A stretch of 64,000 nucleotides of DNA from Eledone cirrhosa (GCA_964016885.1 OZ024754.1:1550001-1614000), one strand, 5' to 3'; counted from the stretch's first letter, positions 32,879-49,560 are shown. The notes: generated from the letters alone by a model not told the origin. Translations and numbers: made by a program.

Positions 32879-32945
32879 CTTTCTTATTCTTCTTCTTCTT
32901 CTTATTATTATTATTATAATTTTCTTTCTCTCTTGTTTTTTCCAG

Positions 32946-33135
32946 ATTCTGTGTTGGTGATAGATTCTATCTGTGTGATAATAAGATTCTATGTGAATAC
33001 GATTACGAGGAACGAATGGTGTTTGCCAACATGAGCTACAACTACAACGCTCTGTCTCATTTGAAAAGACAAACACACAACCTCAGTGATGACGTCTCCA
33101 GTGGCTATGGTAGTCCCAGCCCCAACTCTCTGTGA
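32946..33135 (+). CDS. LMO: LMO last coding exon (end of LIM2 plus C-terminal tail)
   Basis: TTTTTCCAG| acceptor. Encodes FCVGDRFYLCDNKILCEYDYEERMVFANMSYNYNALSHLKRQTHNLSDDVSSGYGSPSPNSL, then TGA at 33133-33135. The spliced frame is intact (537 nt from ATG 30470). Confidence 0.96.
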
Positions 33136-33690
33136 AACAGGAGGCAGCAACGTCTGAGGGCTTATCCACTCCCGACATTGGATGCGGGTGTAGGCGGCAC
33201 CTCCGTTGCTGCGACAACAACTGCGTTAGAAACTACATCTTGTCCATCCCCAGAACTTTCTAGTGGCTACCATCCAACCTGAGAAACTATGAGAGATTAC
33301 GCATTTGTCTTTGGGGTTTTTTTTTCCGTGTGTCTATGAGAATGTGTATGTGTGTGTACGTGTGTGAGTGTGTGTGTGTTGGTGATGTTTTTGTTGAGGA
33401 CAAATTTTAGGTGGCTTAAAGAAAAGACGATGAAAAAAGGTGGCAAAAGTGGAAGTTGGGGAGACAAAATAAAAAACGAAGAATTCATACATATACAGTC
33501 ATCTCTACATACAAGCACAATGTCGCAGAAATATATATATATATATACACACTTACACACACACACATACACGTATACATACACACAAAAATAATTTAAT
33601 CTTTCAAATATTCATTTTGTTTATTAAAAAACAAAACAAATTATGAACACCAAAGTATTTATAGTCATAAATAAATAAATACATGATAGC

Positions 33691-33743
<53 letters not shown>

Positions 33744-33889
33744 CATGAATATATCTCTCTCTATATACATATATATGTGTGTGTATATATATGTATATAT
33801 ATATATATACATATATACATATATATATATACAAATATTTCAATTGCTAAAGCAGACATAAATACATATCTTCACCATTTCATAATATG

Positions 33890-33935
<46 letters not shown>

Positions 33936-34333
33936 TATATATATATATATATGCATGTTATATCCATGTATATATGCATTTACACACACATACACACACA
34001 CGCATATATATACATACGTACATTGTGTCTATAAAATTTGTATATAAATAATGAACTTAGTATGTTCGTTTGTCATACTTACGCATATAATTCAATCTGC
34101 CATAACAAGTGTATAGCCAGGTGTGTATATAAGTGTATTTATTGACCCATATAAACACATTGTGTGCTTTCCATACGTAAATATTTACCAATCAAACAAA
34201 CCAAAGAAAGAATAAAAGAATCGAAAAATTTTTGAATTGTGGCAAACCATATGTATGTATATATGGATGTGTGTATATATATATATATGTAGTGTATATA
34301 TGTACATGTGTATGCACACACACATATAATGCT

Positions 34334-34380
<47 letters not shown>

Positions 34381-34470
34381 ATGCATATATATATATATAT
34401 GTATGTATATGCATATATATATATATATATGTATGTATATGCATATATATATATATATATGTGTATATGC

Positions 34471-34520
<50 letters not shown>

Positions 34521-34541
34521 GTATATATGTATATATATATG

Positions 34542-34576
<35 letters not shown>

Positions 34577-34584
34577 ATATATAT

Positions 34585-34663
<79 letters not shown>

Positions 34664-34712
34664 CTTACGAATATCTCTCTCTATATATATACTTACAAAC
34701 ATATATATAAAT

Positions 34713-34762
<50 letters not shown>

Positions 34763-35013
34763 ATATCTGTACAAATTTGTGTGTTTTTGTATATGTATAG
34801 ATGTAAAAGTGTGTATATAAAGACGGAAAGACAGGTTTAAATGTACCAAAACTCACTCACAATACGTCTTCAGTTTACATTGATTTTACTCGGTGAGACG
34901 AACAATAAATGAGCGAGAAAGAGAGCGAATGCGTGTGAGGCCTGTCTTGTGATTTTTTATAAAGAACAATTCAAAGAATCATTTGTTAATATCCCCCTTC
35001 TTACATTGATTAC

Positions 35014-35045
<32 letters not shown>

Positions 35046-35656
35046 ATATATATATTTATTCATATATAAATATATATATAATTTATATTCTCACTTCCCC
35101 AATCTGTTGTTCTCTCTATACATACATATAAATCTATGTATGTGTATATATGTCCATACAGATATGTATGTATTTGTATATATATAAACATGTCTATATA
35201 TTTATGTACACCCATATGTATACATATAGACATATTTTACACACCTGCACGCATACATGTGTGTTTGTGTGCATGAGACTTGAATGTACATAGATTTTTA
35301 AATACCGATGATTTTCGTTTATGAATGAAAAACTTCTGTGCTAAGTTTATTACACTGTGTTTTAATTATTTTCTCTTTTGTTTTTTAATTAACGAATCCC
35401 TTATTATTATGTTTCAATTACCACCCTCTTCTCTTTGTTCCTGTTTTTTTTTTCATTCGTTCCTGTGTGCGTGGGTGTAATTAGGTAGCGTGTGTTAAGC
35501 CTCACCTGAATTTACGTAAACATGCGGCGAGAGAATTGAAACTCAGTGAAGCATATGAAGTAAAATTATACAAAGGATACCTTCTGTGGTGGCAACGAGG
35601 CCAGGTATCTTCAAATTTGGAAGAATTATCATATTCTTCACCGAGCCAACGATATA

Positions 35657-36160
35657 GCCGAATCAACAACAGAATCCATTGAGCCATGGATTAGCAGCGT
35701 TCAATCAACAACAGATTCTATTGAGCCGTCGATTAGCAGTGCTGAATCAACAACAGAATCTATTGAGCCGTCGATTGGCAGCGCTGAATCAACAACAGAA
35801 TCTATTGAGCCGTCGATTGGCAGCGCTGAATCAACAACAGAATCTATTGAGCCGTCGATTGGCAGCGCTGAATCAACAACAGATTCTATTGAGCCGTCGA
35901 TTGGCAGTGCTGAATCAACAACAGAATCTATTGAGCCGTCGATTAGCAGTGCTGAATCAACAACAGAATCTATTGAGCCGTCGATTGGCAGTGCTGAATC
36001 AACAACAGAATCTATTGAGCCGTCGATTGGCAGCGCTGAATCAACAACAGAATCTATTGAGCCGTCGATTGGCAGCACTGAATCAACAACAGAATCTATT
36101 GAGCCGTCGATTGGCAGCGCTGAATCAACAACAGAATCTATTGAGCCGTCGATTAGCGGC
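35657..36160. repeat. 42-bp minisatellite, about 12 units
   Basis: Tandem GCTGAATCAACAACAGAATCTATTGAGCCGTCGATTGGCAGC. Confidence 0.96.
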
Positions 36161-37711
36161 GCGAAACGAACAATGGAGTCTCTGTCCCCTACGATGTTTC
36201 CTGCTGAACTAACGTTAGATCCTCTTGAGGCAAGGATGGAGTCTTTTGAATCAACGAGTCAGCATCTTGTATCAATGATGGAGTTTGTTGAGCAATAGTG
36301 GGGGGGGGAGGGGGTGTATTGGCCTGAGCTAAGAAGAGAACCTTTACTCTCAATCTGCTAAAAATAGCTATTTTGGGAAAGGTAAGCGTATATACACTAG
36401 ATAATATAATAGTTAAGATGGGATAATTTTGATCATAAGTCTGTTGAATGAGGAATGCCCTGGGATTAAACAACAACCACATCATGTTGGGTTTCCGTCA
36501 CTATTTAGATGAACGACATGAAAAAGTTTTTCTGTGGAGAGCCAGATCTCTTTGACTTATAATTCTTGTTGATTAGTTGATTATTAAGATAATAAATTAA
36601 ACAACTCGTCTATATGATCAATCAAGCTATCAATAAACAGGATACGTCCAGTAATTATCGTTGACTTTGGCTGTTGTTTGCCTTGTTAAGCTCCAGTTCA
36701 ACTCTGATTGCGCAGATCTATGATCACTAGTAGTTTTCTTATGTGCAGGAAGCTCTGGACCACATTATCCAATATATATCCTTTTCAGAAATTGTAGCGT
36801 TGTTTGAGGGTGTTACGCTATACCTCCTCGGTGGCTTGGTTAACATTGGTTAACAATTATGATAAAAATATAAACAGAAACCGAACGAATAATTACTGTT
36901 GTTGATGTTGAGTTTTGGTGAGGGAACATTTTGTTAACTTCCAGAAACTTCCACTGACTTGTCGTGCATTTAGTTGTGTTTCAGAAAGTTCCAGTGAGTT
37001 CCATTAAGTTATAGTATTTCTGCTTCCCGTTAAGTACAACAACTCAAAATATATAAAACGAAATAGAGACAGCGTTGATTTGAAAAGAGTTTCTACCAAA
37101 TATTACTCCGCATTATACCGTCTGCAACTCCGTAAAAAGTCTCATTCATATAAGACTATTTCCCACATCTGAGTATATTCTATTTCACTTCACTGACAGA
37201 TAAATAGGACGTGGACTGGAGCATCTTTGATTTTCAAAGGAGAACCGATTTAACGAGAGTAATATTTTAAACACTGTTTAAAGATTCTGTATCTGTGGAA
37301 AGCTTTTCTTTAGCAAACATTGTTGATATATTTGAAAAACTAATGTTGTTAGATATCGCAGATTCGATTAAAACGAATCAAACGAAGTAAGCAAATAAAT
37401 GAAGGTAAAATAAAGTGATCCTGTAAATGAAACGATATTGAGATGAAATGTCTAACCCATATATTCAGTTCTTTGGTAGAAGATAACTTGTCAATCATAC
37501 AGTAAGAGGATATTAACACCTCCAAATAACACAGGTAATTGTTTATTATCAACTAATTCTACACTCAACAGCTCAGCAGAATGTTGACAAAAAAATATAT
37601 ATAGATAGTATATATGTATATATATATATATATATATATAAGTCAACAGGCTAAAATTAACTTCGTTTATTCATATTTGTTGCAATATATATTTCAGTAA
37701 CCAACACAAAG

Positions 37712-40245
<2,534 letters not shown>

Positions 40246-41140
40246 GTGTGTCTTTACAAAAACAGAAACAAATCTCTTAATCCGTATAAATAGTGATCGA
40301 GAAGGATGTTAACAGATGCAATTGTAGAAGTAAAGTTTGTTAAAAATACGATATGACAATTGTAAGACAATATGGTAGGAATTAGATTTTACAGGTAGAA
40401 ATCTAATATTAGAACAAGGAAAACGTTTGGAACAGTGCTACCAAGATTTCAAATTAAACATTCCCATCACAGAAAATAGATATAGCTATATTTGATATTC
40501 TATCAAAAGATTAAAAAGTTTAGGTATTTAATGCGTTTATTATTTGTTCGGAAGGTAGATACGGATATATTTGATTTTCTTTCGAAAATATGCGTATATA
40601 TAATCTTTTAAAATAAATGTTTATTAATTCGTTGGTGGTCGTATGAAGGTGATAACAGGTGAAAATATCTAGTCTCGATTTTTACCAAATTATAATTCTT
40701 TTTTATTAAGAAATAAGGAATTATTTATACCATTCGACTTAGTTGAAATAAAAAGAAACAATAAGGCGGAAACTCAAAACTGTTATATTTGAATGAAAAT
40801 GAAATGTAGAAAGGAGAACAAGCAAACAAAACATCAAGACAATCTTTCGTAAATTATGAAAAAGTGTTTGAAAGTATGAACATAAGTAGGAAAGAAAAAG
40901 TAAAACAATCCTATAAAAAAGAAGTAAAAAGAAAAACTATTAAACTTTTTAAATCGTATTACTAAAAGTTTTAAATCGTATTACTAAAAGTTCGAATCAA
41001 ACATTCGCCTTAAATGGAGAAAAATGTACGAAATACCTGTAAAAAAAAAAATGAAAAGTCTTAAAAAAAATAAGATTCCCCACCCAAACAAGAAAGACAA
41101 GAGAGACAAAGTATATTTGCACGTTTATTAATTAAATATA

Positions 41141-41363
41141 CAGGGTGAACATAAAGTATTTGAAACCACAAAACACAGAGCTTTTAGTTTCATAGATGTT
41201 ACTGAAAATTACAACTGTTTCCTGTAGGAGAGAAAACGTAAAGATGTTCAGAAAAAAAGTTTAAACTTGAAATTTATAAATTAAAACAATGAAAAAGTAA
41301 AATTTAATATAGTATCCGAGCTGTGGTAATTTATATTTAGGGAAAAACTTAGAGCTCATCCTG
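41141..41363. mobile_element. Tc1/mariner-like MITE
   Basis: TA|CAGGGTGAAC...GCTCATCCTG|TA: imperfect TIRs of about 21 bp (15/21 match) and TA flanks. Confidence 0.55.
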
Positions 41364-41379
41364 TATATCACATTTTTCA

Positions 41380-41640
41380 ATAATTGTTTCTACTTTTGGC
41401 ACAAGGCCAGCAATTATCCAGTGTATTACTGTTACTTTATTTTATCGATCCCGTAAGGATGAAAGGCAAAGTTAACCTCGGAGGGATTTGAACTCAGACT
41501 ATAACTCTATACTGCGAAGCATAGTGTCCAACCCTCTACCGATACTGCCAATCCATCGCCCTTTTTTTCAATAATAATTGTTTCTATTTTTTTGCACAAG
41601 GACAGCAATTACCCAGTGCATTACTGGTACTTTATTTCAT
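41380..41640 (-). mobile_element. SINE family A, one full copy plus an extra 3' fragment
   Basis: Reverse-complement copy at 41380-41541 and a second 3' end at 41573-41640. Confidence 0.88.
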
Positions 41641-41941
41641 AGTTGGTCAGGTGATAAAATGTGAAGATGGAGATTTCAATATCTACCAAATGATTATTCA
41701 TTTTACTTAAGAAAGACTGAATTATATGTACTCTTAGTCTTGGTTAAAACAAAATATATTAACGGAGACTCGGAACCGTCATCTACAACTTCTTATCCAG
41801 AAGGAAGGGACTCGATATAAAAGTGGACTTGGTTAAAAAGACAAAGAAAATGACGGAAACTTGAATAGGTTGTACAGGAATGCAAAAGAAATGTGATTTA
41901 TACACTTCAAATACAGAAACGAGAACAAGATGTAGATTTAT

Positions 41942-42173
41942 AATGGTTTCTAGTATAGGCACAAACCCAGTGATTTGGGGGTGGGTGGGTGGTTGGGAAA
42001 GTCGAATAAATCGACCCCAGTACGTTACTGGTGCTTTATTTTATCGACCCCATAAGGATTAAAGGCAAAGTTAACATCGACGGGATTTGAACTGAGATCA
42101 TAAAGGGCCGTAACTCTATGCTTCTTCAAAGCATGGTGTGCGACCTTTTATCGATACTGCCAATCCGCCGCCC
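41942..42173 (-). mobile_element. SINE family A
   Basis: Reverse-complement body, GGATTTGAAC B-box, head GATACTGCCAATCCGCCGCCC. Confidence 0.85.
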
Positions 42174-42406
42174 TGTTGTAGATTTCAGCAATAAGAACAA
42201 CAACAATATCAGCAGTGAAGAAAAGACAAAAAAATCTCCACTGGTTTACGTAAATTGGTGAAACGAAGATTTCTCAATGAGAAACAGAAGCTATAAAGTA
42301 ATTGGAAAGAAAACTTTAGTTTATGAAGCGATGGTAGTATTTGAAGTATGTATGTTTGTATAGCAGGACAAAATATATGTGTATTAACATTACAAATAAC
42401 ACACAC

Positions 42407-42461
<55 letters not shown>

Positions 42462-42699
42462 GCAGATTATTGATACATGGGGGACATATATAAGACCAGG
42501 TGAAACGGTGGTGAAACTTTGTCCTCTGGAAAGCGACTAAACGACAAGAAAAAGAGAAAATAAACGGATAAGGCTGATAATGAGAGTTTGAGGGAGAAAA
42601 AGGAGAGAGAATTGTACATATATATATATACTTATATATACACATATATAAACATATATAGACATATACATATACATATGTATACATATATATATAGAC

Positions 42700-42730
<31 letters not shown>

Positions 42731-43974
42731 TATACATACATATACATATATATATACATACATATATATATATTTGCATACATACGCACACGTATATAAG
42801 CCACTACGACGTCAAGAAATATTTAAAAAATCGGATTAAATAAAAAAAAGGTATTCCCTTCTCTAAATGGCATCATTGTAGAATTGGTTACTGTTATCAT
42901 CAGTAGAGGATCTGGTTATATTTCGTTGCAATACCAACATAAAACTGTTTCAATTGCAACACACAAATCTTTCTAAATATTCATACAGGATGTTTGATTG
43001 AAATAAAAATTTTAAATCGAATTTATTCCATTTCGTTGTTCTTTGATTGCTATCGATCCACATGTTGAAGTAATTATTGGTTTGGTTTGGTTTGGTTGGG
43101 TGAAGCTGAGCTGTTCTAGCTGAATTGAGTTTGACTGGCTGTGTCAGCTAGGTTGCTGAGTTTGATATGAAGGACTGGTTTGTACCAGAAGAGCTGACCT
43201 GGTCTGGTCTGGCAAATCTGTTCGACTGGGCTGACCTGGTTGACGTCGACAGAGCTTAATTGGCCTGGCTGTGCTGAGGTGGACATGTAGGACTGGTTTT
43301 GACAGAGGATCTCACCTGTTCTGGTCTGGCCTGGCAAGTCTGTTCTGACTGACCTGGTAGAGCATCCTTGCACTGGCTGTGAAGTCTAGATTGGCTGAGC
43401 TTGGCTGGGCTAGCTATTAAAAACAATGACGAAACTTCAGAATATTTTCAAGTGATGTCAACCCCAATTTCCGATTCATAATTTCCATTATGTTAGTTGT
43501 CACTTGGTAAGTCGAACATCATTTCTCTGGCGTACAATACAGGCGATAATAAAGTTGTACATCTGTAAGAATGAAAATAAAATCGATAAATCAGACGTAT
43601 TATAAATGGAAGAATAAATAAAATAATAGATCACTGAATGAAGGAGAGAAGGAAGAAATATACTATAGAATATAGTTATATATATATTCAGCTAATAATA
43701 TATATTGGTAATGTATACACAAACAAGTTTACATCTGTTTATACATAGTGTTTATAAGATTTATGAAATTCAGGCAGAAAAAATAACTGCAATAACAGCC
43801 ACTTACTATAAAATAGCAAAGCAAGTCGTGTAAAGACTCGTGTAAAGACAAATGTTGCCAGCAGGCGATGGCAACATTGTTTTGTCTCTAAGGGTATTTG
43901 CCCAATGTTTATAAGGTATTTTATAGCAACTGACTATGTTTTCTTTTGAATGAAACACTTCTAAATAGTTGACA

Positions 43975-44095
43975 ACAGAGAGAAAAGTGTACTCAATACC
44001 GAAGTAGAATATAAATATTCATTTTATTAAGACTAAATAGTAAGTCTTTTTAGTGCGTAGTTTCGCCTGCGTCTCAGAGGTTCATCAGGTGTAGA
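43975..44095 (-). mobile_element. Degenerate Penelope-like terminus (partial hammerhead core plus tail hairpin)
   Basis: Minus strand: CTGATGA-ACCT...AGGC-GAAAC, then AATAAA and the hairpin ATTCTAC-TTCG-GTATTGAGT. Stems I and III are not intact. Confidence 0.45.
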
Positions 44096-44911
44096 TTATA
44101 AAGATTAAGAGATACATTACCAGACTACGGCCAACATAAACAGAGACTAGATTTGATTCGGAGACGGCACGGCATCTGAAGGACAGAACAAAGGAGAAAC
44201 ACAAAATAAAAACCCGGTCAGTGAGGAGGTGACAGAATGTGTGACGAAAGAGCTTAGACAATATATATACAACCATCCAGTTATCGAACCAACCAACTGG
44301 AAATTTACAATAAATTGAAGTGAAAACCAACCGGTACGTGTGTTTTTATTGGCAGCTTGACCCTCCCGAAGTATAACAATACACACACACACACCTTTCC
44401 GTCTATCTATCTATCTGTCTATCTATCTATCTATCTATCTAATCTATCTATATATATATATATAGAGAGAGAGAGGGAGAACTAGAGAGATAGATAGATA
44501 TATAGATAGATAGATAGATATATAGATAGAATGAAGAATATCAACAATGATGACAACAGTGTAGAAGAAACAGTCGTGACCCAGTGAAGAAAGAAAATGG
44601 GTTAAACTAGAATTGAGCAGAGGAAGGTGGCGTGGCAGCGGTGATAGTGGAGCTGGCGGTGGCGGCGGAGGAGGCGATGGCGGAGGCGGTGGTGACGGCG
44701 GCGGCGGTGGTGGAGGAAGGGGAGTGGGTCGGTGGGTCAGTAATTATTCGGATGATGTTCTAAATGAATTTATCTCGACAATAAATCTATCTAATCTCCT
44801 CTCGTATCTCAAACAATCAGAACGCCATTTTAACTTTTTTTTCATTTATTCGCACAGTTCTTCTCTACCCTCTAGTAAGGCTTTCACTTCTCTGCCATTA
44901 CTATCCTAACA

Positions 44912-45353
44912 ACCATCATCACCATACTAAGAACACTAGTAGCAACAACAGCACTGCTACCATTACAACCATCACCACCACAGCCACCACCCCCACTACC
45001 ATCATCACCATACTAACATCACTAGTAGCAACAACAGTACTGCTACCATTACAACCATCACCACCACAGCCACCACCCCCACTACCATCATCACCATACT
45101 AACATCACTAGTAGCAACAACAGTACTGCTACCATTACAACCATCACCACCACAGCTACCACCCCCACTACCATCATCACCATACTAACATCACTAGTAG
45201 CAACAACAGCACTGCTACCATTACAACCATCACCACCACAGCCACCACCCCCACTACCATCATCACCATACTAACATCACTAGTAGCAACAACAGTACTG
45301 CTACCATTACAACCATCACCACCACAGCCACCACCCCCGCTACCATCATCACC
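44912..45353. repeat. 86-bp minisatellite, 5 units plus a partial unit
   Basis: Units start at 44912, 44998, 45084, 45170, 45256 and 45342. Confidence 0.95.
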
Positions 45354-48298
45354 CATATTAAAATCAATTATTAATTATTACCATTATTATTATTGATAGT
45401 AATAATAATATTGATATTATTATACAAGAAATCAATATAATAATAATAATAATAATAGCAACAACAACAATAACAACAATAATAATAATAATAATAATAA
45501 TGATAATAATAATAATAATAATTACCATTAATAATAATTACTATTATTATTAATATTATTATTATTATTATTATTATGAAATCCTTATTAAAAATAAAAG
45601 AAATAATTATTATAATATAAAAATCTCTAATTACCTTCACTACTATCCCCATCTTCCCCATCATCTTCATCAACCAGATTATCATCATCATCATCATCAT
45701 CACCGTCATCCACATTATCATCATTATCATCGCCATCGCCATCATCATCATCATCTAGATTATCAAAACCGCCATCATCATCATAATCATCACCATCAGT
45801 CTTATGATCATTAAGATCATTATCATCAAAAATTAACACTATTTCGTCTTCACCACCTTCATCATATCGATCAATATACTCGTCGTCGTCACCGCCACCA
45901 CCGCCGCCACCACCACAGTCACCGCCACCACAGCTACCACCGCCACAATCACCAACACCACAGCCACCACCGCCACAGCCACCACCACCACCACCACCAC
46001 CGCCACAATCACCACAACACCAACGCCACCACCACCACCGCCGCCATCGTCACAATCACCACCACCACCACCTACACAACAACAGTTAAAAATCAGTACC
46101 GACAACAACAGCAACATCACCAGCAACAACATTAACAACAACAACAATAACAACAGCAACAACAACAACAACAACAACAACAGTAACAACAACAACAACA
46201 GTAACAACAGCAACAACAGCAACAACAGAAGTAACGACGACAACAACAACAAAAGTAACGACAACAACAACAACAGAAACAACAACAACAGTAACGACAA
46301 AAACAAGAACAATAAGAACAACAACAACAACAACAGTAACAACAACAACAACAGTAACAACAACAAAAGTAACAACAACAACAAACGTCCTGTTTGTAGA
46401 AGGTTGAGAGATTACATTATGTTTGTCATTATGACCTGTTATGGCCGTAGTTGTTATTGTTGTTGTTGTTACTGTTGTTGTTATTGTTGTTATTATTGTT
46501 ACTGTTGTTGTTATTGTTGTTGTTATTGTTGTTACTGTTGTTGTTACTGTTGTTACTGTGTCCATCCAGTGTTTGGTTAACAACTAAATGGACTGACCAA
46601 GTGAAAACACAATAACAACAACAGGAATAACAACAAAGGTAACGACAACAGTAACAACAATAACAGCAACAACAACAAACTACAACAATAACAGCAACAG
46701 TAACAACAGTAATGACAACAACAATAACAGCAACAACAACAAACTACAACAATAAATGCTGCAACAGCAATAACAACAACAACATCAACAGTACAATATC
46801 ACCATCACCACCACCAACAACAACAACAGTAACAACAATAGCAACAATAACAACAATAACAACAATAACAACAACAACAGTAACGACAAAAACAATAACA
46901 ACAACAATAGCAACAATAACAACAACAACAGTAACAACAATAACAACAACAAGAGTAACGACAAAAACAACAATAACAACAACAACAATAACAACAACAA
47001 TAACAACAATAACAACAGCAATAACAGCAATAACAACAATAACAACAAGAGTAACGACAAAAACAACAATAACAACAGCCATAACAACAATAACAACAAC
47101 AGTAACAACAATAACAACAACAAGAGTAACGACAAAAACAACAACAATAACAACAACAATAACAACAATAACAACAGCAATAACAGCAATAACAACAATA
47201 ACAACAACAGTAACGACAAAAACAACAATAACAACAGCCATAACAACAATAACAACAACAGTAACAACAGTAACAACAGTAACAACAGTAACAGCAATAA
47301 CAACAGCCATAACAACAATATCAACAATAACAACAACAGTAACAACAATAACAACAATAACAACAGTAACAACAACAATAACAACAATAACAACAATAAC
47401 AACAGTAACAACAACAACAACGATAACAATAATGATTGGAATAATGAATACCAAAATAACGACCAGAGCAACAATAACACAATAGAAAGTACAACAACAA
47501 TAACAACAACAGCGAGAGTAACAACAACAACAACGAGAGTAACAACAACAATAACAACAAATACAACAACAACAACAACAACACCAGCGAGAGTAACAAC
47601 AACAAGGACAGTAAAAACTGCACCAAATGTTATGGGGGCCAAAAGTTAGGGCCGATTGCTATCTTTCCCTATTTAATTGGGTTTCATTGATCGCCTTATG
47701 TTGATCGATCTGGCTGCTTTATTAATTGATTTATTTGTTTAAGATGTTTTAATCAAGACTGGGAATCTGAGAAAGATAATTCATTTCACACACACACATA
47801 TACATACATATACATATATACACACACATATACATATATATACACATATACATATACATACACATATATATATTCACATATACACATATACACATATATA
47901 TACACATATACATATATACATATATATACACATATACATATACGTATAAATGCACATATATATACATACACACATACATATATACACACACATGCACACA
48001 TATACATACATATATATATATATATACACATATACACACGCATACACATATATACATAGACCTACATACACACATAGATACACATATACACATACATATA
48101 CATAGACACACACACATACATAAACACGCAAACACACACAGACACTTACACACCCATATACATATACACATACACATACATATACATATACACATACATA
48201 TACATAGACACACACACTTACATAAACACACAAACAATTACATGCTTACACACACATACACACGCAGAAACACACAGGCAGGTACATACATGCACTTA

Positions 48299-48375
<77 letters not shown>

Positions 48376-48680
48376 TTGCCTCTCTGCCTCTTACTATGTA
48401 TGTTCAGCAATATGAACGCCAAAATGGCTGACTGGTTAAGTAGTAATATTTATTTTGTAGCCACTCGGATCTGGGTTCGATTCCAGGGCATGTTATCTTG
48501 GGTAAATTTATTTTACCATTGTCTTGTGTCAGCCCAAGTCTTTTTAATTAAATTGTAGAGACGGAAAGGTAAGGTGACCAATCTGAGTTTGATCACTGGG
48601 AGCCCAACAAATGTTCTAGAACAAAGTAATCAAAACTAAAAGAAAAAGCAAGACCGAAGCTGATTGAAGTTAAAACAGCA

Positions 48681-49230
48681 GTCAGGTAGTAAGAGGTGAC
48701 CCTCTCAAAAGCCTTAGACTTAGGACAGGAGTCAGATAGCAAGAGGTGACCCTCTCAAAAGCCTTGAGCTTAGGACATGAGTCAGGTAGCAAGAGGTGAC
48801 CCTCTCAAAAGCCTTAGACTTAGGACAGGAGTCAGATAGCAAGAGGTGACCCTCTCAAAAGCCTTGAACTTAGGACAGGAGTCAGATAGCAAGAGGTGAC
48901 CCTCTCAAAAGCCTTGAACTTAGGACATGAGTCAGGTAGCAAGAGGTGACCCTCTCAAAAGCCTTGAGCTTAGGACAGGAGTCAGGTAGCAAGAGGTGAC
49001 CCTCTCAAAAGCCTTGAACTTAGGACAGGAGTCAGGTAGCAAGAGGTGACCCTCTCAAAAGCCTTGAGCTTAGGACAGGAGTCATATAGCAAGAGGTGAC
49101 CCTCTCAAAAGCCTTGAGCTTAGGACAGGAGTCATATAGCAAGAGGTGACCCTCTCAAAGGCCTTGAACTTATGACAGCAGTCAGGTAGCAAGAGGTGAC
49201 CCTCTCAAAGGGGTTGAACTTAGGACCGGA
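48681..49230. repeat. 50-bp minisatellite, 11 units
   Basis: GTCAGGTAGCAAGAGGTGACCCTCTCAAAAGCCTTGAACTTAGGACAGGA at exact 50-bp periodicity. Confidence 0.97.
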
Positions 49231-49276
49231 GTCAAAGCTAACCTCGATAGGATTTGAACTCAACAATAGTTAATAA

Positions 49277-49470
49277 TAATTGTTTCTACTATTGGCACAA
49301 GGCCAGTAATTACCCCAGTGCATTACTGGTACTTTATTTTATCGACCCCCGTAAGGATGAAAGGCAAAGTTAACCTCGACAGAATTTAAACTCAGAACGT
49401 AAAGAGCCATAACTCTATGCTGCAAAGCATGGTGTCTAATGCTCTACTAATACTGCTAAACCACCGCCCT
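49277..49470 (-). mobile_element. SINE family A, full length
   Basis: Reverse complement of the family consensus seen elsewhere in the window. Confidence 0.9.
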
Positions 49471-49560
49471 AACTTTAATTGATAATTTATCCTATGTTAC
49501 TGAAAAAGAAGCAATTCTCAGAAAAATCTGTAAGGAAAGCAAACAACAACCCACCAATAC

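Noticed and set aside
48681-49230. CRISPR-like regular array (also 35657-36160 and 642-874)
   Set aside because: The units are head-to-tail repeats with no unique spacers, there are no cas genes, and the context is eukaryotic.
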